A DNA stretch of 64,000 nt from a bacterium. GTDB lineage: Bacteria; Zhuqueibacterota; Zhuqueibacteria; Residuimicrobiales; Krinioviventaceae. The notes beneath the pieces were generated by a model. That model had not been told where the DNA came from and searched no databases. It worked only from the letters and a program-made list of their open reading frames with translations. Positions within the stretch are counted from its first letter, which is position 1; the number at the start of each line of letters is the position of its first letter. Location of the stretch: positions 1,120,001 through 1,184,000 of the forward strand of contig CAXXMD010000002.1 of the NCBI GenBank assembly GCA_963675755.2, written 5' to 3'. Of this stretch, positions 7,425-18,074 are shown piece after piece. A program made the translations under genes and the position numbers.

Positions 7425-10337
7425 TTATCGAACAACCATGAACTTGCGAAATATAGCGATTTGTTCGGATTGACCGGATTCATCGGTTATCAAGTCTGCG
7501 TGTACTTTGAGCCAATACGTACCGCTGCTTACTTTGTGACCGCTGTCATTATATAAATCCCACCAGTAATCTACAACACCGTACTTTTCTTTGGGTACGG
7601 TACTTCCTGTATCAAAAGAGAGTGAATTTCCATCAATTTCTTTAACTTTTTCACCGGCAAGTGAATACACCTCTACTTTGCGTACAATCAAAGAACCCGT
7701 TGCAGAAGCAACACGCATACGAAAATTGGTAGCAGAATATTCAAAATATGGATTAGGAGCCACTTCAACAATATAAGGCTCTCCCCCTAAATCAATCACT
7801 ACATTAGGTTCACTCGGTACCAGTACAGATCGGGTTAATATCACATTATCAATATATTCAGCCTGTATACTTCCGCCAAAAGAACTTTGCAATATACCGT
7901 CATTGATATCGATTCCATTGGTATTATCGGTAATAAGAATACCTTCACGGTTTATAAAATCACCGGTATTATAAATCCCTTGGTTGTCAGGAATCTCGTA
8001 CAGGTATATATCTTCCCTATCCAGTGCTGTATTTTTTAATGTAACTTCTAATGAATCCTGGGTGATAGGATTCAGGTTTTTGTCCATTTCATCTGTAATT
8101 CTAACAAAAATAACCTGATCAAATTCAGCCTGGCTTAGAGAAACGCCCTGATTGTTTTCAATTGTCATATTGCCATTTGTTGCCAAAACGACCAGCACCG
8201 AATCCATTGAAATATCAGTCATGTCATTTACATCCTGATACATAACAGCAAGCGTATCTCTGTCCACAACTTCGAGGGTGTCATTACCCGGAGTAAATGT
8301 TGCAGAAATTTTTATTGGAATTCCCTCACTGTTTTGAAAAAAAGATTGTTTTAAATCCAGAGTAACCGTTTCAGAGTCTCCACTTATACAGGCAGTTACC
8401 GGCACATCAAAACTCTGACGAATGGATTCAAGATTATTATCGTCAAGAATAATAAGTGCTTGATCCATTGTTTGCTCATCATCAGGTTCAGTGTCTGATG
8501 CTAAATAGCCATATGTTTTTTCTCCGTCAGAATCAACAAAATGTATTGAAGAAGCTGTTGACTGAACTTCTTCGTAAACCAGTTTCCACCGTACAAGTGC
8601 GGGTGTAACCGCAGAATTTTTTGTACTGGGATACGCATTCAGGTTAATTGACGTAATTCCCAAAAGCGCGGGTATATTTTCAAGATTTACTGTATTTATA
8701 CTCTCATCCGTATTTGCAGAAAACTCGTAAAGCGTACGGTACGGGGATGTATTTTCAATAATTCTGAACAACAAATCAATTGCGCTTCGTTGGACTGCAT
8801 TATCCGGCAAATCCAGTTCACATTCAAAAGTTTTCCAATTGGGAATCAAAGAGTCTGAATCAGTAACACCAATAGAAGATGCCCAGAAATAAGGTTTTGG
8901 GGTTACATTCACATTGGTATCATAATAATGATATTTTACAGTCACTCCCTTTAATACCGGAGTATCTTTGGGGGTATCTGTTTGAAGAAAAGCACGGTAT
9001 TGATAAACACTGTGCGCTTTGTGTTTATCTAAATATAAACGCATACCCGAGCTGGTATACGTTGTAGTACTGTCACCACTGGGACCAATCCAGCTTTGTC
9101 TCTGGATATGGTTCACGTCCGTACCGGATCTGAACTGCATTTCAAGCGAAGTATTGTCACCCGAGTTGGTTTCCGCATTCCAAAAGAGTGAATCAAAATT
9201 CACATCTTTATCTAAAACAAACAGATCAGATTCACGCCAGCCGCTTTCAAAACCAATACGAGCAGGTATGATCTTGTTTGCATCATCATCACGATGAACA
9301 ACCAACAGTTTTTCAGAATCTAGAGATTGTGAGCCAATCTGATCAACATCTTTGAGGGCTTGCAATTCAAGTTTTAATTCCCAAAAATAATCTGTGTTTT
9401 GAGGATCAACTTCAACAATTCGATTGTTGCCGGCATCCGCGATCAAAACATGCCCATTTTCAATCATATCCGCATCAACAGGATTTAACAATCCATACGT
9501 TTCATCGCCAGCCAATTCTTCTGATGGATACTGCCAGACAATCTCTTTGGATGCCCGGGAAACCAGTAATACACGATTATGTCCCTGATCAGTGATCAAA
9601 ACAAGATCCTGATCACCCTGAATATATTCAACATCTACCGGTGAACTGAGAACTAAAGAACCCAACTCCCATACAATACTCTTGTCACTTTTTTCAACAA
9701 TAATTACCCGGTCATTACCACGATCAGCAATGAGAAATTCAGAACTGTCAGCAATTTTTTCAGCATCCGCAGGATTAGACAACTGGTTGGGGCCATTACC
9801 TTCAAGCCCATTGGGATCACCATAATCCCAATCTACGGATTGGGTTTCACGGCCAATCTGTAATACTCGGTGGCTGCCCCTGTCAGTAATCAAAACACGG
9901 TATTGTTCATTTTCCAGAAACTCGAATGCATCAACGGGTAGTACAAGCTCTCCACCGGTATATTCCCAGGTAATTCTTTTCGTTACAGGATTATATATAA
10001 ACACTTTGGAGCCACTGCGCAATGGATCGGTAACCAAATAAAGGTCCTGATCATCAATCGTACGCACATCAATATCTTCAACAGCGCCCAAAGGAATCGT
10101 TTCATCCGGCCAGGTCCAGTCAAATCCACCCAGGGTAAAGTTTTCTAATTGGATATCGTTACCATCCACTTCCCATATTGGGGTTAATGTAATCAATGAA
10201 TCTTTTTGGACACCTTGCTGCACGATTGTTTTAGGAAATGGAGCTGAATCCTGCCAGGTTATTTCCTTTTGTGCAAAAATGTTGCCTGTAACTGTAGTAA
10301 ATAAAAAAATAGCAATATACAGATAATATTTTTTCAT
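7425..10337 (-). CDS. Secreted beta-propeller (NHL-like repeat) protein with Ig-like domains and a T9SS/FlgD-like C-terminal domain
   Basis: Signal peptide. Repeats P(V/A)D(A/V)...LI(T/A)DxGxxRV..IVW. C-terminal VAPNPY...VEVYSLAGEKVKEI...WDLYNDSGHKVSSGTYWLKV...KFMVVR. Confidence 0.75.
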   Translation of the reverse strand: MKKYYLYIAIFLFTTVTGNIFAQKEITWQDSAPFPKTIVQQGVQKDSLITLTPIWEVDGNDIQLENFTLGGFDWTWPDETIPLGAVEDIDVRTIDDQDLYLVTDPLRSGSKVFIYNPVTKRITWEYTGGELVLPVDAFEFLENEQYRVLITDRGSHRVLQIGRETQSVDWDYGDPNGLEGNGPNQLSNPADAEKIADSSEFLIADRGNDRVIIVEKSDKSIVWELGSLVLSSPVDVEYIQGDQDLVLITDQGHNRVLLVSRASKEIVWQYPSEELAGDETYGLLNPVDADMIENGHVLIADAGNNRIVEVDPQNTDYFWELKLELQALKDVDQIGSQSLDSEKLLVVHRDDDANKIIPARIGFESGWRESDLFVLDKDVNFDSLFWNAETNSGDNTSLEMQFRSGTDVNHIQRQSWIGPSGDSTTTYTSSGMRLYLDKHKAHSVYQYRAFLQTDTPKDTPVLKGVTVKYHYYDTNVNVTPKPYFWASSIGVTDSDSLIPNWKTFECELDLPDNAVQRSAIDLLFRIIENTSPYRTLYEFSANTDESINTVNLENIPALLGITSINLNAYPSTKNSAVTPALVRWKLVYEEVQSTASSIHFVDSDGEKTYGYLASDTEPDDEQTMDQALIILDDNNLESIRQSFDVPVTACISGDSETVTLDLKQSFFQNSEGIPIKISATFTPGNDTLEVVDRDTLAVMYQDVNDMTDISMDSVLVVLATNGNMTIENNQGVSLSQAEFDQVIFVRITDEMDKNLNPITQDSLEVTLKNTALDREDIYLYEIPDNQGIYNTGDFINREGILITDNTNGIDINDGILQSSFGGSIQAEYIDNVILTRSVLVPSEPNVVIDLGGEPYIVEVAPNPYFEYSATNFRMRVASATGSLIVRKVEVYSLAGEKVKEIDGNSLSFDTGSTVPKEKYGVVDYWWDLYNDSGHKVSSGTYWLKVHADLITDESGQSEQIAIFRKFMVVR

Positions 10338-10391
10338 TATATTTTCCGTTTGGTTAGTCGGATTAAAACAAATATCCGATTATACATATTC

Positions 10392-11306
10392 CTAAATCTC
10401 ATCCCAGGAACTTATACTTGAACCAATGGCAATAGAGTAAAACTTTGTTAGTTCAGAATCAGCTCTTGAGGTCATGATAATAGGAACTTTGGCTCCCAAA
10501 ACAATACCTGCTGTTTTGGTATCCGCGAAATAACTTAACGCTTTATAGAAAACATTACCCGATTCAATATTGGGCATGATCAATACATCAGCATCACCAC
10601 CTACAGGACTGTCAATACCTTTGGTTTCGCAAGCGCTTTTACTGATTGCATTATCAAGCGCCATGGGACCATCAATTATACAGTTCTTAATCTGGCCTCG
10701 GTGGTTCATTTTAGTCAAAACTGCCGCATCAATAGTACACGGCATAGATTTATAATTCACTTTTTCTATAGCGGCAATCAAAGCTACTTTGGGTGTCTCT
10801 ATTCCAAGCATTTGAGCACAAGCTACAGAATTATCAATAATACCTACTTTGGCATCCAAATCCGGATAAATATTCATTCCGCCATCAGACATAAATATCA
10901 GTTTATGATATTTGGGTATCTGCAATACAGCACAATGCGATAAAAGCTTACCGGTTCTGACATCATGTTGTTTGTCTAGTACACCCTTTAACAAGGTAGC
11001 TGAAGAACAGCGTCCTTTCATAAGCGTGTCTGCAAGACGCTCACGCACAAGCTGTATAGCACGAACAACAGATTGATTTTCATTATCTGCCTGGACTATA
11101 TCAAACTGTGTAGCATCAACATTTATTTCCTTACCGGTACGGATGATGCTTTCTTTATCACCCACCAAAACGGCATCTACAATACCTTCATTGTGGGCAT
11201 GTGAAATAGCAGCGAGCACTTCGTGTTCATCTGCCATTGCAACAGCTATGGTTTTTTTAGGTTTCTTTTTAACTTCTATCAATAACTCATCAAACGTTGT
11301 GATCAT
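10392..11306 (-). CDS. ptb: Phosphate butyryltransferase
   Basis: LMKG, DGGMNIYP, DGPMALDNA, PNIESGN, TSRADS; overlaps buk. Confidence 0.9.
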   Translation of the reverse strand: MITTFDELLIEVKKKPKKTIAVAMADEHEVLAAISHAHNEGIVDAVLVGDKESIIRTGKEINVDATQFDIVQADNENQSVVRAIQLVRERLADTLMKGRCSSATLLKGVLDKQHDVRTGKLLSHCAVLQIPKYHKLIFMSDGGMNIYPDLDAKVGIIDNSVACAQMLGIETPKVALIAAIEKVNYKSMPCTIDAAVLTKMNHRGQIKNCIIDGPMALDNAISKSACETKGIDSPVGGDADVLIMPNIESGNVFYKALSYFADTKTAGIVLGAKVPIIMTSRADSELTKFYSIAIGSSISSWDEI

Positions 11307-12381
11307 AGCTTACCGCCTCTTGTGCATAGTTTTTAGGTTCTTCTTGTCCTGTTAATACACGTAGCGCCCCCAGAGCCAAAGCCTCCATCTCTTCCTCACC
11401 GGGAAATTTTAATACCTGTGCTATAAAATCAATCCGTTTTTCTATTTTCACAATAATCTCGTCATTAAATGCAATACCACCGGTAAGGACTATTGCATCC
11501 ACATTACCAGCAAGCACAGCAGCCATTGCAGCAATTTCTTTTGATATCTGATATGTCATTGCTTCAATAGCTAAATTAATGTCATTTGCAGACGATGTTT
11601 TTAATAATTGTTGAATATTATTTGATCCGGTATAGGCAACAAGACCACCTTTACCGGTTAACATTTTTAAAATCTGTTTTTCCTCAAGTTCACCAGAAAA
11701 ACAAAATCGAACCAAATCACCAGCAGGTATAGTACCTGCTCTTTCAGGGGAAAAAGGGCCATCTCCGTCAAGGGCATTATTAACGTCCACCACTCTACCC
11801 TGTTTATGAGCAGCTACAGAAATACCACCCCCAAGATGGGCAATTATGAGATTTAAATCCTCGTACTTTTTTTGCAATGATTCAGCTACTTTTCTTCCAA
11901 CGGCTTTATGATTTAACGCATGAAAAATACTTTTACGTTTAAATTGAGGATGCCCTGATAATCTTGCAACGCTATCAAACTCATCTACAACAACGGGATC
12001 AACAATAAAAGCAGGCTTTTTACAAATACCTGCAAATTTGGCCGCTAGCACACCACCCAGGTTGGACGCATGCTGACCTTGCACCCCTTTGGTTAAATCC
12101 TGAATCATCTCGGCATCTACCGCATAAGTTCCACTGGGAATAGGATTTAATAACCCGCCTCTTCCAACATAGGCATCCATATCATTACAATCAATACCTT
12201 TATTGGTAAATACATTTTGAATCAGTTCAAAACGATAATCAAGCTGGTCCATTACCGTACTAAACTGTGCCAGTTCGTCAACAGAATGATGTACTGACTC
12301 GGAAAATACCGGTTCGGTATTTTTATAAAGCGCTAATTTTGTAGAGGTGGAACCGGGATTGATAACAAAAATATTAGACAT
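11290..12381 (-). CDS. buk: Butyrate kinase
   Basis: INPGSTSTK, GRGGLL, HASNLG, DPVVVDE, HALNHKA, HLGGGISV, GPFSPER. Confidence 0.95.
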   Translation of the reverse strand: MSNIFVINPGSTSTKLALYKNTEPVFSESVHHSVDELAQFSTVMDQLDYRFELIQNVFTNKGIDCNDMDAYVGRGGLLNPIPSGTYAVDAEMIQDLTKGVQGQHASNLGGVLAAKFAGICKKPAFIVDPVVVDEFDSVARLSGHPQFKRKSIFHALNHKAVGRKVAESLQKKYEDLNLIIAHLGGGISVAAHKQGRVVDVNNALDGDGPFSPERAGTIPAGDLVRFCFSGELEEKQILKMLTGKGGLVAYTGSNNIQQLLKTSSANDINLAIEAMTYQISKEIAAMAAVLAGNVDAIVLTGGIAFNDEIIVKIEKRIDFIAQVLKFPGEEEMEALALGALRVLTGQEEPKNYAQEAVSYDHNV

Positions 12382-12484
12382 TCAACCTCCGGGGAATCAG
12401 TTTTCAACAGGATTAATTTTCAACAGCGCTTTTTATAGTTTAATGAAACAAAGCATAAAAAGCAAGAATTCTTGTAAAATAATG

Positions 12485-13009
12485 TCATTCAGCAGATACG
12501 TGAACAAGGGATTCTACACGATATTCACCCAACTTTTCACGACCTTTTAAAAAATCAAGTTCAACAAGAAAACAGCATCCTACAACAACGCCACCCAATC
12601 TCTCAACCAGGTTGGTAGTTGCTTTGATTGTACCTCCGGTTGCCAAAAGATCATCAATTACCAGTACTTTTTGGTCTTTTTTAATTGCATCCATATGGAT
12701 CTCGAGCGAATCTGTTCCATACTCTAATTCATAGGTTTCCTGAATTGTATTTGATGGTAGTTTACCCGGTTTTCTTACCGGAACGAATGCAATACCCCAT
12801 TTGTATGCAAGAATAGAGGCAAATATAAATCCCCGAGATTCAATTCCCACAACCACATCAATCTCTTCATTTTTGAAATGATCTTCCATTTGTTTTATAG
12901 ATTCCTGAAAAGCTTTGGGATCATCAAGTAAGGTGGTTATATCAATAAAATTAATTCCAGGTTTGGGAAAATCCTTTACCCGTCTCAAAGTTGAATCCAA
13001 ATCCATCAT
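12485..13009 (-). CDS. apt: Adenine phosphoribosyltransferase
   Basis: DFPKPGINFIDIT, GIESRGF, RKPGKLP, LEYG, IDDLLATGGT. Confidence 0.96.
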   Translation of the reverse strand: MMDLDSTLRRVKDFPKPGINFIDITTLLDDPKAFQESIKQMEDHFKNEEIDVVVGIESRGFIFASILAYKWGIAFVPVRKPGKLPSNTIQETYELEYGTDSLEIHMDAIKKDQKVLVIDDLLATGGTIKATTNLVERLGGVVVGCCFLVELDFLKGREKLGEYRVESLVHVSAE

Positions 13010-13019
13010 TAATTTTCCT

Positions 13020-13295
13020 TTATCGTTCTATACTAAAATTCTTGTATTTATTTTCACAGGACTGCCAGCTCACATTCACATATGTAACATCAGAAAACCG
13101 GGGTCCTCTCTCAAGCGCACTGATATATGCTTCAATATAAGGTCTTTGGCCTTCAGCAAAGCTTTCAACACTACCATCAACTCTATTGCGTACGTATCCG
13201 GTAATTCCCAGGGCCTGGGCTTCACGTAACGCATAGTAACGAAAGCCCACTCCCTGAACTTCACCGCTCACAATTATATGTGCTGCAGTTTTCAT
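13020..13295 (-). CDS. acyP: Acylphosphatase
   Basis: GEVQGVGFRY, GYVRNRVDGSVE. Confidence 0.93.
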   Translation of the reverse strand: MKTAAHIIVSGEVQGVGFRYYALREAQALGITGYVRNRVDGSVESFAEGQRPYIEAYISALERGPRFSDVTYVNVSWQSCENKYKNFSIER

Positions 13296-13314
13296 TTATA
13301 AAACACCTAGTAAA

Positions 13315-14610
13315 TTACGGATACAGACGGTACAACATTCTTGGAAACGGAATGGTTTCACGAACGTGCTGTCTACCGCAAAGCCATGCAACGGTTCTTT
13401 CAATACCCAAACCAAAACCGGCATGTGGCACACTACCATAACGACGAACATCCAAATACCATTTAAAATTTTCCATTGGAAGTTCATGTGCTTCAATCTT
13501 TTTCATCAACGTATCGTAATCATCTTCACGTTGACCACCACCAATGATCTCTCCATAACCTTCAGGTGCAATCATATCCACACACAATGCGCGGTCAGGA
13601 CGTTCAGGATCATTTTTCATATAGAACGCTTTAATATTTGCCGGGTAATGGGTAATCATAACCGGCTTGTCATATTTCCCGGAAATGATGGTTTCATCAG
13701 CACCGCCAAAATCATCACCATAAACGAATTCAGCTTCTGCATCTTTTAGAATTTTAGCGGCATCATCATAATCAATTCTGGGGAAAGGCTTTACAACTTT
13801 TTCCAGTGGAGCAATGTCACGCTCCAAGATCTCAAGTTCATCACGACGATTTTCTAAAACCCGTTCGACAATATAGCTTACAAGCCCTTCGGCCATATCC
13901 ATATCCTGATACAGATCACAATAGGCCATTTCGGGCTCAACCATCCAAAATTCTGTCAAATGACGACGAGTTTTAGATTTTTCAGCCCTAAACGTAGGAC
14001 CAAAACAATATGCTTTACCAAATGCAGATGCAGCAGGTTCCATGTATAACTGGCCGCTCTGGGTAAGATAAGCCTTTTCATCAAAATAATTTACTTCAAA
14101 AAGATTAGTTGTACCTTCACAGGCTGAAGGTGTAAAAATGGGTGCATCTACCAGGGTAAAGCCATTATTGTCAAAATAATCCCGACATGATTTAATAATC
14201 TCATGGCGTACTTTGATAATCGCGTGCTGCTGGGATGAACGCAGCCACAAATCACGATGCTCCATTAAAAATTCCACACCATGTTCTTTTGGAGAAATCG
14301 GGTATTCTTCGGCTTTGTGAACAATTTTTACCGAACTGACCTGGATCTCACATCCTCCCTTTGCACGCTTGTCTTCCGCTACTGTACCGGTAACATGTAA
14401 TGCGCTTTCCTGCGAAAGATGCTGACATTGTTCAAACGTCTCTTCATCCACATTACCTTTAAAGACGACTGCCTGTACCAACCCTGTTCCGTCTCGCATC
14501 ATTAAAAAAGCAAGTTTACCTTTACCGGTCTTGTTGTATAACCAACCAGAGATAGTAACTTCTTTACCAATGTACGATTGCAGTTCTGAAATAAATACTT
14601 TTTCAGCCAT
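13315..14610 (-). CDS. asnS: Asparagine--tRNA ligase
   Basis: OB fold (RDGTG), [49 protein letters not shown]. Confidence 0.96.
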   Translation of the reverse strand: MAEKVFISELQSYIGKEVTISGWLYNKTGKGKLAFLMMRDGTGLVQAVVFKGNVDEETFEQCQHLSQESALHVTGTVAEDKRAKGGCEIQVSSVKIVHKAEEYPISPKEHGVEFLMEHRDLWLRSSQQHAIIKVRHEIIKSCRDYFDNNGFTLVDAPIFTPSACEGTTNLFEVNYFDEKAYLTQSGQLYMEPAASAFGKAYCFGPTFRAEKSKTRRHLTEFWMVEPEMAYCDLYQDMDMAEGLVSYIVERVLENRRDELEILERDIAPLEKVVKPFPRIDYDDAAKILKDAEAEFVYGDDFGGADETIISGKYDKPVMITHYPANIKAFYMKNDPERPDRALCVDMIAPEGYGEIIGGGQREDDYDTLMKKIEAHELPMENFKWYLDVRRYGSVPHAGFGLGIERTVAWLCGRQHVRETIPFPRMLYRLYP

Positions 14611-14641
14611 GAACCTGATTCCTTTCTTCTACTGATTATCA

Positions 14642-15478
14642 CTACCTTGCCAGCATGACATGGCAGCTTGAATGCCTTAAAATGTGTTCTGTATTACTGC
14701 CTAACAGCATCTCACGGAGTTTGGAATGACCGTAAGCGCCAATGGCTATTAAATCTACTTTATTCTCTTTGGCGAACTTTACAATTTCTTTGTCCGGTGT
14801 TCCGGGTAAGACAATATGATCTAGTTCTATATTATAATTTTTCAAATAATCTCGAGCTTCGTTTATATAGTGCTGACCTATTTTTTCATCATCTGTCACA
14901 GATAAAAGCGTAACACGAGAGTGTAATTTTTCAGCCAGGTGACCCGAAAACTGTAAAGCCTGGTTAGCATTGGGACTTCCATCATAACCGATAAGAATAT
15001 GATTAATTGACCGGCTCTCTTTATCAGTTACAATTACCGGCTTGTGTATATTACGACTCACAATTTGAATAGTAGCGCCCAGTCTCTGTTGGTCCCAGCG
15101 GGAAAATTCACCGCACTTGCCCAATATAACCAGATCAGAAAGATGAGAACGTTCTAAAATAGCATTAGCCGGAGAAGCTACCATCTTTTCAGTTTCAAAC
15201 AATACCCGGCTTTCATTCAAAATCTGTGAGGTTTTTTCAAGCACTTTATCACATTTTTCTTCAAGCAAACGCATGGATTCTTTTTGGTAAAGACCTGTAG
15301 GAGCTATTGGCACAAAACCATCAGAACCAATTGCAGTGGCCCATTCAAAAACACGTATATCTGCAACAGACAATACGCGCAAATAGCTATTAAAAGCACG
15401 GGCCAATTCAATACCCATAGATAAAACTGGATCCGTATAAGTAGATCCGTCAACGGCAAGCATGATATTTTTAAACAT
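14642..15478 (-). CDS. Tandem universal stress protein
   Basis: Two Usp domains: IMLAVDGS and ILIGYDGS...DLIAIGAYGHS...LLGS. Confidence 0.9.
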   Translation of the reverse strand: MFKNIMLAVDGSTYTDPVLSMGIELARAFNSYLRVLSVADIRVFEWATAIGSDGFVPIAPTGLYQKESMRLLEEKCDKVLEKTSQILNESRVLFETEKMVASPANAILERSHLSDLVILGKCGEFSRWDQQRLGATIQIVSRNIHKPVIVTDKESRSINHILIGYDGSPNANQALQFSGHLAEKLHSRVTLLSVTDDEKIGQHYINEARDYLKNYNIELDHIVLPGTPDKEIVKFAKENKVDLIAIGAYGHSKLREMLLGSNTEHILRHSSCHVMLAR

Positions 15479-15492
15479 ATCGTACCTCTCGT

Positions 15493-16509
15493 TTAAAACC
15501 AGACCTCAGGTTTTACATCCCGGGTCATTAAATCCTGCAGAGCCATTCTGGGTTCCTTGTTTGCAAAAAGAACATTATATACTTCAAAGCAGATAGGCAT
15601 TTCAACATCAAGTTTCTTTGCCAGCTCGACCGTAGATCGGCAGGTTTTTACACCTTCCGCAACCATGGTCATATTACCCAATACATCATCAAGAGACAAA
15701 CCACTACCAATCTGCTCGCCTACATGACGGTTACGACTGTGACGACTCATACAGGTTACAATTAAATCACCCATACCAGACAGTCCTGAAAATGTGTGAG
15801 GATCAGCATCAAACTTGCGGCCCAACCTGATGATCTCAGCCAGACCACGTGGTTGTAATGCGGCCTTTGTATTATCTCCGAATCCTGCGCCATCACAAAT
15901 TCCTGCCGCAATAGCTATTACATTTTTTAAAGCACCACCCAGTTCAACTCCGGCAACATCGACACTGGTATAAATACGAAATGTGGGTGTATTAACAGCT
16001 TCCTGAATTTGTAGCGCAGTTTTTTCATCTGTTGAAGCGACAACCACAGCAGTTGGAATATTTCGACTTACTTCTTCCGCATGACTGGGTCCAGATAGAA
16101 CTGCAAAATTTTCAACAGGATGAGTTGGTAATTCCTCATGAAAGATTTCCGAAATCCGCATCAGAGAATCATTCTCAATTCCTTTGACGCAACTGATAAC
16201 AATTGTATTGCTGTCAATTTCATTTTTTGCAAGTTCTTTTAATACATTGCGAGTTACATGCGATGGGGTAATAAGGAAAATAAGATTGGCACTTTTTACT
16301 GCATCTGATAAACAATTGGTAACATGTATAGTATCATTTAAAATTGCAGATTTTAATACACTTTCACGCATGCGGGTGCGCTGCAAAGATTCTGCTGCTT
16401 CTTTATCAAACTCCCACAATCTTACTCGGTGGCCATTACTTGCACATACATTGGCGATTGCAAATCCCCAACTTCCCGCACCCAATATTGCTATATCTAA
16501 ATTTGGCAT
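15493..16509 (-). CDS. gpsA: NAD(P)H-dependent glycerol-3-phosphate dehydrogenase
   Basis: GAGSWG, KGIE, SGPSHAEEV, GGALKNVIAIAAG, GMGDLIVTC, SRN. Confidence 0.95.
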   Translation of the reverse strand: MPNLDIAILGAGSWGFAIANVCASNGHRVRLWEFDKEAAESLQRTRMRESVLKSAILNDTIHVTNCLSDAVKSANLIFLITPSHVTRNVLKELAKNEIDSNTIVISCVKGIENDSLMRISEIFHEELPTHPVENFAVLSGPSHAEEVSRNIPTAVVVASTDEKTALQIQEAVNTPTFRIYTSVDVAGVELGGALKNVIAIAAGICDGAGFGDNTKAALQPRGLAEIIRLGRKFDADPHTFSGLSGMGDLIVTCMSRHSRNRHVGEQIGSGLSLDDVLGNMTMVAEGVKTCRSTVELAKKLDVEMPICFEVYNVLFANKEPRMALQDLMTRDVKPEVWF

Positions 16510-16519
16510 TCATTTTCTC

Positions 16520-17524
16520 TTAATTTATTTTACCCATAACAACCGGTTCTTCATTCACTGCTTTTAACGCATCTGTTACTTTTGAAACAGCATCTTGTTC
16601 AACAACAAAAACCAGACCGATACCCAAATTAAATGTTTTTCTCATTTCTTCATCAGTAACATTTCCAAACTCTTGAATCAGTTTGAATTCGGGTAACACC
16701 GTCCAACTGTTCCAATCTACATCCATTGATAGGTTGTCACGCAGCAACCGTTTAGTATTGCCTTCAATTCCACCACCGGTTATATGGCTAATTCCATTAA
16801 TTTCCGGCATCCTTCTTACGGCTTTGATAGCATTGGCATAACTTTTATGAACTTTGAGTAATGAATCTCCCCAGTTCATGCCGCCCAGTTCATCAACAGG
16901 CGCTTTCAGATCCACTTTTTTATGCTCAAGCAACACTTTTCTCGCCATAGAGTAACCATTGGTGTGCAATCCATTTGAAGGAAGGCCCAGAAGTACATTG
17001 CCGGGAGCTATTTTGCTGCCGTCAATAATATCGGGTTTATTAATAACTCCAACGATTGAACCTACCAGGTCATACTCTCCGGCTGAATAAAAGCCCGGCA
17101 TTTCTGCAGTTTCACCGCCAACAAGGGAACAACCATTCAATTTACATCCGTCAGACATACCCTTGACAATCTGTTCAGCTTTTTCTGGTTTCAGATCCAA
17201 AGTTCCAATATAATCAAGAAAAAACAGGGGATCTGAACCGCATACCATTATGTCATTCACACAATGATTAACCAGATCCTGGCCTACCGAATCGTGCCGA
17301 TCCATGGAAAATGCGATTTTTAACTTTGTGCCTACACCATCAACACTGGATACAATAATAGGCTCGGGGTATTTTTTTATATCTAGTGAATAAAATCCTG
17401 AGAACAATCCAATACCTTTTAATACATTATCATTAAAAGTGGATTTTGCCAGGGCGGAAATCTTTTTCGTAGAGGCTTCTGCTGCCTGCAGGTCTACGCC
17501 TGAATCTTTGTAACTAATGGACAA
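16520..17524 (-). CDS. purM: Phosphoribosylformylglycinamidine cyclo-ligase
   Basis: YKDSGVD, DGVGTKL, GGETAEMPG, GLHTNGYS, HITGGG, FNLGIG. Confidence 0.96.
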   Translation of the reverse strand: MSISYKDSGVDLQAAEASTKKISALAKSTFNDNVLKGIGLFSGFYSLDIKKYPEPIIVSSVDGVGTKLKIAFSMDRHDSVGQDLVNHCVNDIMVCGSDPLFFLDYIGTLDLKPEKAEQIVKGMSDGCKLNGCSLVGGETAEMPGFYSAGEYDLVGSIVGVINKPDIIDGSKIAPGNVLLGLPSNGLHTNGYSMARKVLLEHKKVDLKAPVDELGGMNWGDSLLKVHKSYANAIKAVRRMPEINGISHITGGGIEGNTKRLLRDNLSMDVDWNSWTVLPEFKLIQEFGNVTDEEMRKTFNLGIGLVFVVEQDAVSKVTDALKAVNEEPVVMGKIN

Positions 17525-17527
17525 TGA

Positions 17528-18058
17528 CTATTCTCCCTTTTGTATATTTTCAAAGTATTTATTTCTAGCTTTAACAAAAAACTGTAAATTCTCTTTATCG
17601 TAATAATCCGGATAAGTCCATGGATTTGCCTGAAAGGTACCTCCCTGCCAAAAAAGTTGAACATCACCATAAATACCATTTCCAATATAGATACGGTGAC
17701 TAAAATTCTTTGTAGTTGCCAGCACCAGTTTGGGTACTTCAATATATCCAGGATCCAGATTTATTCTTCGGTTATTATTGTCGCTCAATTCTTCTTCAAT
17801 AGAATTTGTTTCAATTTTAGTATTAACAATATCTGAAGGATCAATATAGTTTTGAAATGTTACATAATATTTTTTCAGCTCTTTACCCATCTCTTCAGCA
17901 TAGTAATTAGTATGGCTGAAATCAAAAATATTGCTTTTATCATCTATCGGACCGTATAAAGTAATCAAACCTTCTTCAGCAATTTTTCTATCTTGCTCAT
18001 TTTTATAACATATTGCACATAACAACAATACAGGTTGTGGATTTCTAATTTGGCCCAT
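17528..18058 (-). CDS. DUF4416 family protein
   Basis: HTNYYAEEMG, RRINLDPGY, LATTKNFSHRIY, WTYPDY. Confidence 0.85.
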   Translation of the reverse strand: MGQIRNPQPVLLLCAICYKNEQDRKIAEEGLITLYGPIDDKSNIFDFSHTNYYAEEMGKELKKYYVTFQNYIDPSDIVNTKIETNSIEEELSDNNNRRINLDPGYIEVPKLVLATTKNFSHRIYIGNGIYGDVQLFWQGGTFQANPWTYPDYYDKENLQFFVKARNKYFENIQKGE

Positions 18059-18074
18059 AATATATTCTTTCCTG

